A stretch of 64,000 nt of DNA from Candidatus Dormiibacterota bacterium (GTDB taxonomy: Bacteria; Chloroflexota; Dormibacteria; Aeolococcales; Aeolococcaceae). Below, piece by piece: positions 18,014 to 27,631 of this stretch (its first letter is position 1; every line of letters begins with the position of its first letter). The position numbers were made by a program, and so were the translations under genes. Location of the stretch: assembly GCA_963718525.1 (NCBI GenBank), contig OY970355.1, positions 1,440,001 through 1,504,000 of the forward strand, written 5' to 3'. A model generated the notes under the pieces. The model was not told where the DNA came from and made no database searches. It saw only the letters and a program-made list of their open reading frames with translations.

Positions 18014-18345
18014 CGAGGCGCTGCGCGGAAGCAGTCGCTGCAGTAAACGGGCTTGTCGCCACGCGGCTGGAACGGAACGCGCGCAACGCCCCCGCAGCCG
18101 GCGCAAGGCACTTCGTACATCTGGCGAGGGCCATTGCTGCGGTATCCGCCGCCGCCACCGCCACTACCGCCAAAGCCGCCGCCGCCACCACCGCCGCCGC
18201 CACTCTGACGACGCGCCGCTCTGCAGCTGGGGCAGCGAGAAGGGGGGTTTGTGAGGCCACGAGAGGCAAAAAAGTCCTGCTCGCCCTCAGTCCAAATGAA
18301 GTCGACGCCGCAATCGCGGCAACGTAGAGTCTGGTCTACCGACAC
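18010..18345 (-). CDS. Zinc-ribbon / CxxC-x17-CxxC domain protein with Gly-rich linker
   Basis: LRCRDCG..F.WT.GEQDFF...NPPSRCPSCR; CAGCG..ARVPFQPRGDKPVYCSDCF; GGAGG RBS. Confidence 0.92.
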   Translation of the reverse strand: MSVDQTLRCRDCGVDFIWTEGEQDFFASRGLTNPPSRCPSCRAARRQSGGGGGGGGGFGGSGGGGGGYRSNGPRQMYEVPCAGCGGVARVPFQPRGDKPVYCSDCFRAAPR

Positions 18346-18565
18346 GCGCCTTGTTCCTCCGTCCGGCGCGTTGTGATACGGCGACCGGGTTGGTGATAGT
18401 TACGGGGTAACAGTACACGGTCGAGAGGGTCCTCGCAAAGGGATAACTGCGTGACAACCCAGCCTTTCCATTGCGCTGTTACGATCTTGCGATCCCTGGA
18501 CAGGAGCAGGCCGGAGACGCACAGGGCGCCTCGGTGGCTGCCGGTAGGGGTGGAGGGCAGCTCCA

Positions 18566-19750
18566 ATGCCACCAGCGCGCCATCGCCTCTTCACGTCCGA
18601 GTCGGTCACCGAGGGACACCCCGACAAGGTCGCGGACCAGATCAGTGATGCCGTCCTTGACGCGGTCCTGAGCAAGGATCCACTCGGCCGGGTCGCCTGT
18701 GAGACCGCGCTGAGCACCGGAACGGTCCTGGTCTTCGGGGAGATCACCACCGAGGCCTATGTGGACATTGCCGGACTCGTCCGCCAGACAATCAAGGAGA
18801 TCGGCTACACCCGCGCGAAGTACGGCATCGACTGGGAGACCTGCGGCGTCCTGGTCGGGATCGACGAGCAGTCTCCGGACATCTCTCAGGGCGTCAATCA
18901 TGGCGGTGCCGGCGACCAGGGAATGATGTTCGGGTACGCCTGTGACGAGACTCCCGAGCTGATGCCGGCGCCGATTCAAATGGCCCACCAGCTCGCTCGC
19001 CGGCTCGCGGTTCTGCGCCGCGACGGCACGCTGCGCTGGGCTCGGCCGGATGGCAAGACGCAGGTGACCATCGAATACGACAACGAAGGGCGCCCGCGCC
19101 GCGTCGACACGGTGCTTGTCAGCGTGCAGCACGGCGAAGAGGTGACCCAGGAGCAGATCTTCGAGGACGTCCAGCACCACGTCGTCGAGAAGGTGATCCC
19201 CGCCGATTGGCTGGATGCGGGCACCAAGCGGTACGTGAACCCGACCGGTCGCTTCGTCATCGGCGGCCCGATGGCCGACGCCGGGCTCACCGGTCGCAAG
19301 ATCATCGTCGACACGTACGGCGGATATGCCCGCCACGGCGGGGGCGCCTTCAGCGGCAAGGATCCCTCCAAGGTCGATCGCAGCGCGGCGTACGGGGCGC
19401 GCTGGGCTGCCAAGAACGCCGTCGCCGCGGGGCTCGCGACCAAATGTGAGATCCAGGTCGCGTACGCCATCGGCGTTGCCAAGCCCGTCTCGGTCCTGGT
19501 GGAGACGTTCGGCACCGAGAAGGTGCCGGCCGACATGATCGCCTCGCTCATCGACGAGTACATCGATCTGTCGCCCTTCGGGATCATGAGCGCCCTCGAG
19601 CTGCGCCGCCCCATCTACCGCCAGGTCGCGGCCTATGGCCACTTCGGCCGCAGCGATCTGGACCTGCCGTGGGAGCGCACCACGCTCGCCGAGCAGTGGG
19701 CCGAGGACGCCGGCACCGAGCCTCTTCTCGTCGCGGCAGCCACGGCGTAG
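18566..19750 (+). CDS. metK: S-adenosylmethionine synthetase
   Basis: [46 protein letters not shown]. Confidence 0.98.
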   Translation: MPPARHRLFTSESVTEGHPDKVADQISDAVLDAVLSKDPLGRVACETALSTGTVLVFGEITTEAYVDIAGLVRQTIKEIGYTRAKYGIDWETCGVLVGIDEQSPDISQGVNHGGAGDQGMMFGYACDETPELMPAPIQMAHQLARRLAVLRRDGTLRWARPDGKTQVTIEYDNEGRPRRVDTVLVSVQHGEEVTQEQIFEDVQHHVVEKVIPADWLDAGTKRYVNPTGRFVIGGPMADAGLTGRKIIVDTYGGYARHGGGAFSGKDPSKVDRSAAYGARWAAKNAVAAGLATKCEIQVAYAIGVAKPVSVLVETFGTEKVPADMIASLIDEYIDLSPFGIMSALELRRPIYRQVAAYGHFGRSDLDLPWERTTLAEQWAEDAGTEPLLVAAATA

Positions 19751-19773
19751 TCGCGGGCTCCGGAGGACAGCGC

Positions 19774-20913
19774 GTGGGTCTGCACATCCTCGTGCTTGCT
19801 GGCGGCAGCGGCACCCGGCTGTGGCCGCTGAGCCGGCGGTCGACGCCCAAGCATCTGCTCCCCCTGGCTCGGGGGGGCCAGACGTTGCTGCGGGCGACGC
19901 TTGACCGCGTGGTCGGGCTGGGCGACAGCGTCCGGATCGTCACGGCGGGCGATCAGATCGAAGGCTGCCGTGAAGCCCTCGCAGAGCTGTCGCTCCCCGA
20001 TAGCGCGTACATCGCGGAACCGCTCGCTCGTGGGACTGGCCCGGCTCTCGGCCTGGCGGTCGGCCTCATCGCGCGCGAGGATCCGGATGCGCTGATCGCG
20101 AGCGTCCACGCCGACCATCGGGTCAGCGACGCGGCGGCGTATCGCGCGGCAGTGCTCGCTTCAGCCGGGTGGGCCAAGGCAACCGACGGTCTCGCGACCG
20201 TCGGTCTGGTACCCGTCGCACCGGTCACCGGGTTCGGCTACATCGAGCTGGGCGAGCCTCGACGCCCCGAGGATTGGAGCGCGCCCGAGGGGAGTCCGAC
20301 GCACGCGGCGGCAGCGGCGGGGCTGCTGCCAGCCTTCGAGTCGGCGGGATTCACCGAGAAGCCGTCAGCCGAGATGGCCCAGGCCTACGTGAGGGGTGGG
20401 CGGCATCTCTGGAACCTCGGCCTCTTCGCGTGGACGGCGCGTCGGTTCCTCGACGAGCTGCGCGCCGACGACCCGGAGCTCAGCTCCGCCCTGGAGAGGG
20501 TGGTGGACGCCCGCGTCCGAGGCGACGACCAGGAGGCCACCAGAATCTACGGGGCTCAGCGGGCCCAGGCGGTCGAGCCGCTCGTGCTGGAACGCACCTC
20601 CCGCCTCACCGTCGTGGAGGCGACCTTTGGCTGGTCCGACCTCGGGTCGTGGACGGATGTTCACGATGCACGGGTGGCGGAAGGCGACGTCGACGGCGAT
20701 GGGAACGTTCTCGAAGGCAGCGCGTTCGTCACCGCGGCCCGCGGATGCACCGTCGTCTCGCGCTCCGGCAGGATCGTCGCCGTCGCCGGCATCGATGGTG
20801 TTGTGGTGGTCGACACCCCGGACGCCGTGCTGGTGGTTCCCGCGCTGCAGTCGCAGCTCCTCAAGGAGGTCGTCGACCAGCTTCGCTCGGCCGGCCGCGA
20901 TGAGGTCCTCTGA
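19774..20913 (+). CDS. Mannose-1-phosphate guanylyltransferase
   Basis: LAGGSGTRLWPLSRRSTPKHLL, EPLARGTGPA, HADH, FTEKP, WSDLGSW; GGAGGA RBS before GTG 19774. Confidence 0.92.
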   Translation: MGLHILVLAGGSGTRLWPLSRRSTPKHLLPLARGGQTLLRATLDRVVGLGDSVRIVTAGDQIEGCREALAELSLPDSAYIAEPLARGTGPALGLAVGLIAREDPDALIASVHADHRVSDAAAYRAAVLASAGWAKATDGLATVGLVPVAPVTGFGYIELGEPRRPEDWSAPEGSPTHAAAAAGLLPAFESAGFTEKPSAEMAQAYVRGGRHLWNLGLFAWTARRFLDELRADDPELSSALERVVDARVRGDDQEATRIYGAQRAQAVEPLVLERTSRLTVVEATFGWSDLGSWTDVHDARVAEGDVDGDGNVLEGSAFVTAARGCTVVSRSGRIVAVAGIDGVVVVDTPDAVLVVPALQSQLLKEVVDQLRSAGRDEVL

Positions 20914-20960
20914 TCCGCAGCCCTGGGAAGCCGCGGATGCGTGCGATTAGAATGGGGCAG

Positions 20961-22418
20961 ATGATGCCGAGCCCGATCCGGTTCGGGACCGACGGATGGC
21001 GGGCCGTGGTCGCGGATGACTTCACGTACGCGAACGTTCGCTGCGTTGCCCAGGGTGTCGCGTCGTATCTCGCGGCTGACCCCCGCGCCGTCGTCGTGGG
21101 ACACGACTCGCGTTTCTGTGCCGAGTTGTTCGCGCGCGAGGTCGCGCAGGTGCTCGTCGCCAACGGGCGTCGCGTCATCCTGCTCGACCGCGTGACCCCG
21201 ACCCCGGCGGTCTCCTGGGCGATCACCCGGCACCAGGCTGCCGGTGGGATCGTCGTCACCGCAAGCCACAACTCCGCGGAGTTCAACGGCATCAAGTACA
21301 AACCGGACTTCGGTGGATCGGCCCCGCCCGAGGTCGTCACCGAGATCGAGCGCCACACCGCGGCGGCAATCGAGTCGGGTGTCACCACGATGACCTACAA
21401 GGAGGCGGTCGCGACCGGACGCCTCGACTTTGTCGATCCCCTCCCGGACTTCTTCGAACAACTCGGCAAGATGGTTGACCTCGACGCGCTCCGCAATCAC
21501 GGTCTGCGTGTGCTCCACGAAGCCATGTACGGTGCCGGAGCGGGACTCATTGCCCGAGCGCTCCAGGGTGGATCGACGACCGTCGAGGAGCTGCACGGCG
21601 AGCGGAACCCGGGATTTGGCGGGATGCACCCGGAGCCCATCGATCGCTACATGCCCGAGGCGATGGAGCGCATGCGGTCGGGGCACTTCGACCTCGGGAT
21701 CGCCAACGACGGCGACGCCGATCGCGTCGGCATCATCGACGAGACCGGTCGCTACATCAATCAACTGCAGGTGATGGCCCTCTTCGCGATGTACCTGCTC
21801 GAGAAGCGCGGGCTGCGCGGCGACATCGTGCGTTCGATCACGACCTCGGGGATGATCGACGCCCTGGGTGAACGCTTCGGAGTCACGGTGCACGAGATGC
21901 CCGTCGGCTTCAAGTACATCGGCGGGAAGATGATGGAAACCGACGCACTTCTCGGCGGTGAGGAATCCGGCGGCTACGCGTTCCGTGGCCACATCCCCGA
22001 GCGCGACGGCATCCTGTCCGGACTGATGATGGCCGCGATGATCGTCGACTACGGGCTGCCCCTTTCTGGGATCCTCGCCCACCTCGAAGACCTCGTCGGA
22101 CCGCACGCCTACGACCGCCACGACATTCGGTTTCCCCGCGACGGTTACGAAGAGCGCAAGGAGCAGATCTACGCGCGCATGCAGCAGAACGAGCCGGACA
22201 CCCTTGCCGGGAGCAGGGTCGCGCGCACCCGCACCGATGATGGTTACAAGTTCTACATGGACGACGGATCCTGGGTGCTGATGCGCATGAGCGGGACCGA
22301 GCCGCTCATGCGGGTCTATGCCGAGGCAACCACAAAGGAGCGGGTGGAGCAGCTCATCGGCGCCCTTGAGAACCAGAGCGGTGTCTCCGAGCGCATCGCC
22401 GTGGGCGCGAGCGAATGA
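20961..22418 (+). CDS. Phosphomannomutase/phosphoglucomutase
   Basis: FGTDGWR, TASHN, DGDADR, GGEESGG, RMSGTEP; ATG 7 nt after TAGAAT. Confidence 0.95.
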   Translation: MMPSPIRFGTDGWRAVVADDFTYANVRCVAQGVASYLAADPRAVVVGHDSRFCAELFAREVAQVLVANGRRVILLDRVTPTPAVSWAITRHQAAGGIVVTASHNSAEFNGIKYKPDFGGSAPPEVVTEIERHTAAAIESGVTTMTYKEAVATGRLDFVDPLPDFFEQLGKMVDLDALRNHGLRVLHEAMYGAGAGLIARALQGGSTTVEELHGERNPGFGGMHPEPIDRYMPEAMERMRSGHFDLGIANDGDADRVGIIDETGRYINQLQVMALFAMYLLEKRGLRGDIVRSITTSGMIDALGERFGVTVHEMPVGFKYIGGKMMETDALLGGEESGGYAFRGHIPERDGILSGLMMAAMIVDYGLPLSGILAHLEDLVGPHAYDRHDIRFPRDGYEERKEQIYARMQQNEPDTLAGSRVARTRTDDGYKFYMDDGSWVLMRMSGTEPLMRVYAEATTKERVEQLIGALENQSGVSERIAVGASE

Positions 22419-22816
22419 AAGACATCGCAGAGGCGTCCGAATCCATCCACGCGTCCGGTTCGAGACGCGTCGAGAAACCCTGGGGCTACGAGCTCCGCTG
22501 GGCCATTACCGAACGCTACCTGGGAAAGTTGATCCACATCAACCAGGGCCACTCGCTGAGCCTGCAGTACCACGTGCAGAAGGACGAGTGGATCTACCTC
22601 CAGTCCGGAGCCCTGGACCTCCAGCTGGAGGACGGCAACGGCGAGATGGAGACCCACAGGCTGGCTCCGGGCATGAGCGCCCACGTGCGTGCGGGTCGCC
22701 GCCATCGTTTCGTCGCCGTCGAGGACAGCGACGTCTTCGAGGTGTCGTCGCCGGAGATCGACGATGTGGTGCGCCTCGAGGACAGTTACGGACGGGCTGG
22801 GACCTCGGCTCCGTGA
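22415..22816 (+). CDS. Cupin protein (type II mannose-6-phosphate isomerase C-terminal-like)
   Basis: VEKPWGYE, LSLQYHVQKDE, HRF, EVSSPEIDDVVRLEDSYGR. Confidence 0.85.
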   Translation: MKDIAEASESIHASGSRRVEKPWGYELRWAITERYLGKLIHINQGHSLSLQYHVQKDEWIYLQSGALDLQLEDGNGEMETHRLAPGMSAHVRAGRRHRFVAVEDSDVFEVSSPEIDDVVRLEDSYGRAGTSAP

Positions 22817-22946
22817 GCTGAGCCCGCCGAGTTCTCCACTGTTTCCACAGGCCGACGTGGATAATCGAACAGGTTTTCGCCGTCGGGGCCATGGCTACCT
22901 GGCGGACCAGGCGCGCAATGCCCTGGGGATCTCCGGCGAGGTCCGG

Positions 22947-23717
22947 GTGCTCGCCGAGATCCCGCTTCCCATGGTGCACACCGCGTTCGGCCTCGCAGTG
23001 GCGGCGGCCGAGGTACTCCTCCGGCCCGAGGCCGTCGGGCTCGACAGGAGTGCCGCCGCCGATGCCGGCCTGGCCATTCTCACCGGTCTGATCCTGGTCG
23101 CATACGACTTCTTGATCTATCCGTCCGATTCGAGGCCGGGGCCGGTGGGCACGGCGCTGCCCATGGCCGCCGTGCTGTCGTTCGGAACGCTGCTAGCCAT
23201 CGCGGTGCTGCCCCTCTCGATCCGGATCGCCGGTGGCGCGATCGCTGCCGTGGTGATCGGAGGGGTGCCTCAGCTCGCCGGTCGCCGGGCGCTCGGGAAG
23301 GAGGGGTGGTTCACCCGGCTGATCAGGGACGTCTCGGGGATCGCCGTCCTGGCACCCGTGCTCATCGGGGCCTTCGCACCCACGCTACCGGTCCGCCTCC
23401 GGCTCGCAGCCGTGTTCCTCGTGGTGTTCCTGGTGAGCCTCGACAGCCTGCGCACCGAGCGCCTCTCCATTCCTCTTACGATCCTGTGCGCTCTCCTGGT
23501 CGGCGGCGTCGTCGTCGGGGGCGCCGCGCTGATAGGGGCGAGCAACGCTCACACGGGGCTGCGAGCCGCGATCCTGCTCGTGCTCTGGTACGGCGCCCGA
23601 GGCGTCGCCGGCGCATTCGGCGGCCCGTCAGGGCGCCGCTGGGTCATCGCGGAATATGCCCTTTTCGTGATCGCAGCGATTGCCGGCGCGATCTGGGCGC
23701 ACCTCGCCCCCTTCTGA
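22947..23717 (+). CDS. Multi-pass membrane protein of unknown function
   Basis: About 8-9 hydrophobic segments; start uncertain (22857, 22947 or 22971). Confidence 0.7.
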   Translation: MLAEIPLPMVHTAFGLAVAAAEVLLRPEAVGLDRSAAADAGLAILTGLILVAYDFLIYPSDSRPGPVGTALPMAAVLSFGTLLAIAVLPLSIRIAGGAIAAVVIGGVPQLAGRRALGKEGWFTRLIRDVSGIAVLAPVLIGAFAPTLPVRLRLAAVFLVVFLVSLDSLRTERLSIPLTILCALLVGGVVVGGAALIGASNAHTGLRAAILLVLWYGARGVAGAFGGPSGRRWVIAEYALFVIAAIAGAIWAHLAPF

Positions 23718-23727
23718 GCCGAGAGGC

Positions 23728-24930
23728 TCAGAAGAGACGCAGGCCCTGCCCCGCGGCGATCCGTGGCGGGGTCGCATCTGCGGAGTGGAGGCGCTCCACC
23801 TGCGCTTGTGACTTCTCGACCTGCTCAGAGAGGTCGTGGACGGTGATCTTCATCGCCTCGAGTGCCCGGAGCTTGTACGTGTCGATCTGGTCGAGGGCGG
23901 CGAAGACGTTGTCCCACGCGCGCTGGAGCGAGCCCATGTCGATGCCCGGGCTGGCTGCCTGGCTCTCCACGGTGGCCGTCTGCTCACGCAGCACCGAGGA
24001 GGTGCTCTCGATCATCGAGCTCGTGGTCTCGTTCACCGCCTTGACCTGCTCACTCACGAGCTTCTGGTTGGTGAGCGCTTGCGCGACCATGACCGCGGTT
24101 CGCAGCGCGGCAACCGTCGTGGTGGTGGCGGTGCGAACAGCGCGGACGAGCTCGCGGTTGTTGACCTCCACGACGCGGAGCGCCGCGTAGCCCTGGACGG
24201 CGACGGCGAGCTGCGTGAGGATCTCCTGACGCCGGCGCCTGACCGGATAGAGGATGTCCTCCTGGAGCACCCTGGCGCGCTCGGGATCGCCGATCGCCAC
24301 GTGATTGATCTGGGCTTCCAGGCCGGTGTCGAGCTTCTCTGCCATGTAGGTGTACTGGCGGAGGGTCTCCATCTGCGACCAGAGCGCTTTCTGCTCCTGA
24401 CCGATCGCCGCGTTGTCCTTCTCGAGCTCGGCACCACCTTCGCGCAGGGCACCGACGATGCCCTCGATGTGGCTCTGCGACCGCTGATATTTCGCGAAGT
24501 ACGCGCGCACCCGGTCGCCGAACGGCACGACTCCCAGAAGCTTCCGGGGACCACCCTGGGTCAGATCATGCTTCGCAGGATTGAGCTCCTCGACCGAACG
24601 GCGCAGCTCCAGCAGGCTCTTGGCGATCGGAGCGTCGCCCTGACCGAGGCCGCTCATCGCGCGAGTCGGACGGTCGAGCAGTCGGTTGCTCATGTCGGAC
24701 GTGGACCTGATCTCGCGATCGGCGAGGCTGTCGATGTCGTCGACGCGCCTGCGGTAGTCATCGCCGTGGACGTCGATCGACCGGAGGCCGCCGACGAACG
24801 TTGCAACCATGCCGTCGATCCGCTTCGCAGCCTCGGGGTCGATGGTCACCTCGCGCTCTGCCTCGGCCGGGCCCACCGTTGTGGCCGCTGCCGGCGCTGA
24901 GAGGGAGAGCTCGGGAAGGTCTGCTGTCAC
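23728..24930 (-). CDS. Toxic anion resistance protein (TelA family)
   Basis: RKLLGVVPFGDRVRAYFAKYQ, ELEKDNA, NNRELVRAV.TA.TTTVAALRTAVMVAQAL..QK. Confidence 0.88.
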   Translation of the reverse strand: MTADLPELSLSAPAAATTVGPAEAEREVTIDPEAAKRIDGMVATFVGGLRSIDVHGDDYRRRVDDIDSLADREIRSTSDMSNRLLDRPTRAMSGLGQGDAPIAKSLLELRRSVEELNPAKHDLTQGGPRKLLGVVPFGDRVRAYFAKYQRSQSHIEGIVGALREGGAELEKDNAAIGQEQKALWSQMETLRQYTYMAEKLDTGLEAQINHVAIGDPERARVLQEDILYPVRRRRQEILTQLAVAVQGYAALRVVEVNNRELVRAVRTATTTTVAALRTAVMVAQALTNQKLVSEQVKAVNETTSSMIESTSSVLREQTATVESQAASPGIDMGSLQRAWDNVFAALDQIDTYKLRALEAMKITVHDLSEQVEKSQAQVERLHSADATPPRIAAGQGLRLF

Positions 24931-26501
24931 TGAGTCACGTGCTCCTCGCTGGCGTCCGTCCCGGCGGAGGCCGGGTCCGTGATCGTGACAGGAGTTTGCC
25001 GCTTGCGCCGCCCGTTTCGGTCACCGTTCTCATACGACGTGCCGTTGCGGGCGCCGTTGAGATGCTGCGTTTCCGGCTGTGAGGACGCCGCCCTCGTGAT
25101 GGCGGGCAGCAATGACTGACGGGCCAGGCCGGTGAGCGCACCTGCCTGCTGGATGATCTCCGCGAGCGCACCAGTCACGCCCTGGGCGCCGTTGAGCACG
25201 GTGAACTGGTCGACATGCTCGAACGGGGCTGCAGCGGCAGCCACGATCTCGGGCAGCTTCTCGGCGATCTGCTGGGCGATGACCGCCTCCTGGTTCTGGC
25301 TCATCGCCGCGGCCCGGCGCTCGATACCAGATGCCTCCGCCTCCATGCGGGCGCGGATGGCGTCAGCTTCGGCGAGGCCCTTGGCCTTGATGGCATCGGC
25401 TTCCGCCTGCCCGGTGATCCGGGTGGCGTCGGCCTGGGCGGTCGCCTGCATCTTGAGAGCGGCAGCCTGTGCTTCCGCCTGCACCTTGGTCTGCGCTGCC
25501 ACCGCCTCGGCGCGAAGACGAACCTCCTGCGCCTCCGCCTCTGCCTGACGGATGCGCACGTCGCGTCCAGCGGCCGCGAGCGTGGTCTGCCGGTACGCCT
25601 CGGCGTCAGCCGGCCGGCGCACGTCGACCTGGAGCTGCTGTTCCTTCTGTTGCGCCTGCAACTCCGCCACCCGCGTCTGCTCGGTGACGACTGCCTGGTG
25701 GGCCTTTGCCTCGGACAGCGGTCCCTGCTGCGCCGCGAGCTGAGTGGCCGTGTCGGTCTCGGCCTGGTAGCCCGCCTTCTTGATGTTGGTATCGCGGGCT
25801 GACTCGGCCATGAGGGCCTGCGCGACCTGCTCCTGACTCACCGCGGTGCGCTCGGCGTTGGCGCGCGCGATGCGAGCGTTCTGCTCGACCTCGGCCTGGT
25901 GTGGCGCGGCGAGGTTCTCGATGTAGTTCGAGGGACTCGTGATCGATTGAATCTGGAAGCTGTCGATCACCAGCCCGAACGACTCCATCTCCTGCGAGCA
26001 GCGATCGCGCACCTGCTGCGCGAACTTGTCCTGGTCGCTGATCATGTCCTCAACGGTCATCGAGCCCGCGATGGCCCGCAGGTGACCGACGAACACGTTC
26101 TGGACCTTGGTCTCGAGCTCCTGGGCCGGCCGGTCCAGAAAGCGCCGAGCCGCGTTGGCGATCGAGCGGTAGTCGTCGCCCACCTTGTAGACGATCACAC
26201 CGCGCAGGTCGACGCGGATCTTCTGCTGCGAGACGCAGGGCACCCCGATCTCACTCTCGTGCGCTTCGAGGGAGAGGCGGCGAACCCGGGTGATGCCGGG
26301 AGCGACCAGGCATCCGCGTCCGGTGACGATGCGGAAGCCCATGCTCTCGCCCACGCCGTCGGGACGCTGGTTGGTCCGGAAACCGCTGATGATCAGCGCC
26401 TCGTCCGGCTCGGCGACGCGCCACGCTGCCCGAAACAGCAGTACCAGCATCAGCAGCCCGCCGATGATGATTCCCAAGATCACGTAGGCCAGCGTTGTCA
26501 T
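24927..26501 (-). CDS. Flotillin/SPFH domain protein
   Basis: N-terminal TM, VAEPDEALIISG, GHLRAIAGSMTVE, AEA-rich coiled coil, VLNGAQG. Confidence 0.93.
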   Translation of the reverse strand: MTTLAYVILGIIIGGLLMLVLLFRAAWRVAEPDEALIISGFRTNQRPDGVGESMGFRIVTGRGCLVAPGITRVRRLSLEAHESEIGVPCVSQQKIRVDLRGVIVYKVGDDYRSIANAARRFLDRPAQELETKVQNVFVGHLRAIAGSMTVEDMISDQDKFAQQVRDRCSQEMESFGLVIDSFQIQSITSPSNYIENLAAPHQAEVEQNARIARANAERTAVSQEQVAQALMAESARDTNIKKAGYQAETDTATQLAAQQGPLSEAKAHQAVVTEQTRVAELQAQQKEQQLQVDVRRPADAEAYRQTTLAAAGRDVRIRQAEAEAQEVRLRAEAVAAQTKVQAEAQAAALKMQATAQADATRITGQAEADAIKAKGLAEADAIRARMEAEASGIERRAAAMSQNQEAVIAQQIAEKLPEIVAAAAAPFEHVDQFTVLNGAQGVTGALAEIIQQAGALTGLARQSLLPAITRAASSQPETQHLNGARNGTSYENGDRNGRRKRQTPVTITDPASAGTDASEEHVTQ

Positions 26502-26749
26502 CGTGGCAACCTCATGGTGTCTGTCGGCGCCACCTCAACGGTGCGACCGCCCAGGCTACCCACCACAAGGACCTGGGAGTGTTTGGTGATGGTTGCGGCC
26601 TTGTCCGAGGCGCATGCGAGGAAGCGCTCGGTGCCCGCCCGAACCTCGATGAGCACCTCACCGAGGTGTCCCGGGGTGATGTCGGCGGTCACTCTCGCCA
26701 GCTTGCCGACCACGTCGATGGCCATTCGTCGAAGCTCCTTACCAGACAC
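26498..26749 (-). CDS. NfeD-like C-terminal OB-fold protein
   Basis: VVGKLARVTADI.PG.LGEVLI...V.VV......VEV; coupled to the flotillin gene; start may be 26725. Confidence 0.75.
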   Translation of the reverse strand: MSGKELRRMAIDVVGKLARVTADITPGHLGEVLIEVRAGTERFLACASDKAATITKHSQVLVVGSLGGRTVEVAPTDTMRLPR

Positions 26750-26827
26750 ACGATACCCGCGGTTTTGGGCCTCAAATCCTGAACCTGACGCTACTCGGCT
26801 TTCGGCTCAGACGGCATGCCCCGCGCC

Positions 26828-27586
26828 CTACTGTCCGAGTTTGCGCCGTTCCTCGTAGAGGGCTGCGTCGGCCCTCGCGATCACCGCTTCGGCGGTGTCC
26901 GCGTCGCCGACGGTGGTCATCCCGACGCTCACCGAATGACCCGTGCTCGCGGCGTACTGGCGACGGATGTCCGCGAGCGTGCGCTCGGCGTCTTCGGGCG
27001 CAACGTCGACGAGGGCGCAGAGGAACTCGTCCCCGCCATACCGGATGACCAGGTCGTACGAGCGGACACGTTTGCGGATTGCCTCGACGACCTCGACGAG
27101 GACGCGGTCACCGGCGGCATGACCCTGGGTGTCGTTAACGTGCTTGAGGCTGTCGACGTCGAGAAAAATGACCGCGATCCCCTTGCCGCCGACCCGGCGG
27201 GACCTGTCGATCTCGCGTTGCAGGGCGGCCAGGCCGGCACTTCGACGCAGTGCCCCGGTGAGGTCGTCTGTGGCCGCGACTTCGATCAGCTTGTGCGTGT
27301 ATGACGCCATGGCGCGTAAGCGGTCGAGCGCAGCACGAAGCTGTGCGGGATCAAGTGGCGCCAGCGCCTCGGGCTTGAGCCCCAGCGCGGTCGCCAGCAC
27401 CTTGCGCGTGACTTCGACCGAGAGACGCCGGCTGTTCCTGAGCTCCGGTTGCTGGGTCCATCCCACGAAATCGCGGGTCGGGGTCTCGGGAATGACGGCC
27501 TCCGTCCGGGCCGCGAGCGCGGGAACAGGTGCCTTCGAGAATGGACGCTCGGAGGCTGGAGCCGTCTCCCCGATCTGTGCCATCAC
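26828..27586 (-). CDS. GGDEF diguanylate cyclase
   Basis: DDLTGALRR, DVDSLKHVNDTQGHAAGD, RSYD I-site, RYGGDEF, RADAALY. Confidence 0.9.
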   Translation of the reverse strand: MMAQIGETAPASERPFSKAPVPALAARTEAVIPETPTRDFVGWTQQPELRNSRRLSVEVTRKVLATALGLKPEALAPLDPAQLRAALDRLRAMASYTHKLIEVAATDDLTGALRRSAGLAALQREIDRSRRVGGKGIAVIFLDVDSLKHVNDTQGHAAGDRVLVEVVEAIRKRVRSYDLVIRYGGDEFLCALVDVAPEDAERTLADIRRQYAASTGHSVSVGMTTVGDADTAEAVIARADAALYEERRKLGQ

Positions 27587-27631
27587 TTCCCTAACGGATC
27601 GGATACGCCGGTGGGTTCCGTCACTGCCAGA

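Noticed and set aside
18148-18203. GCC-rich tandem repeat
   Set aside because: Encodes the Gly-rich linker of the zinc-ribbon protein; not a CRISPR array or independent repeat element
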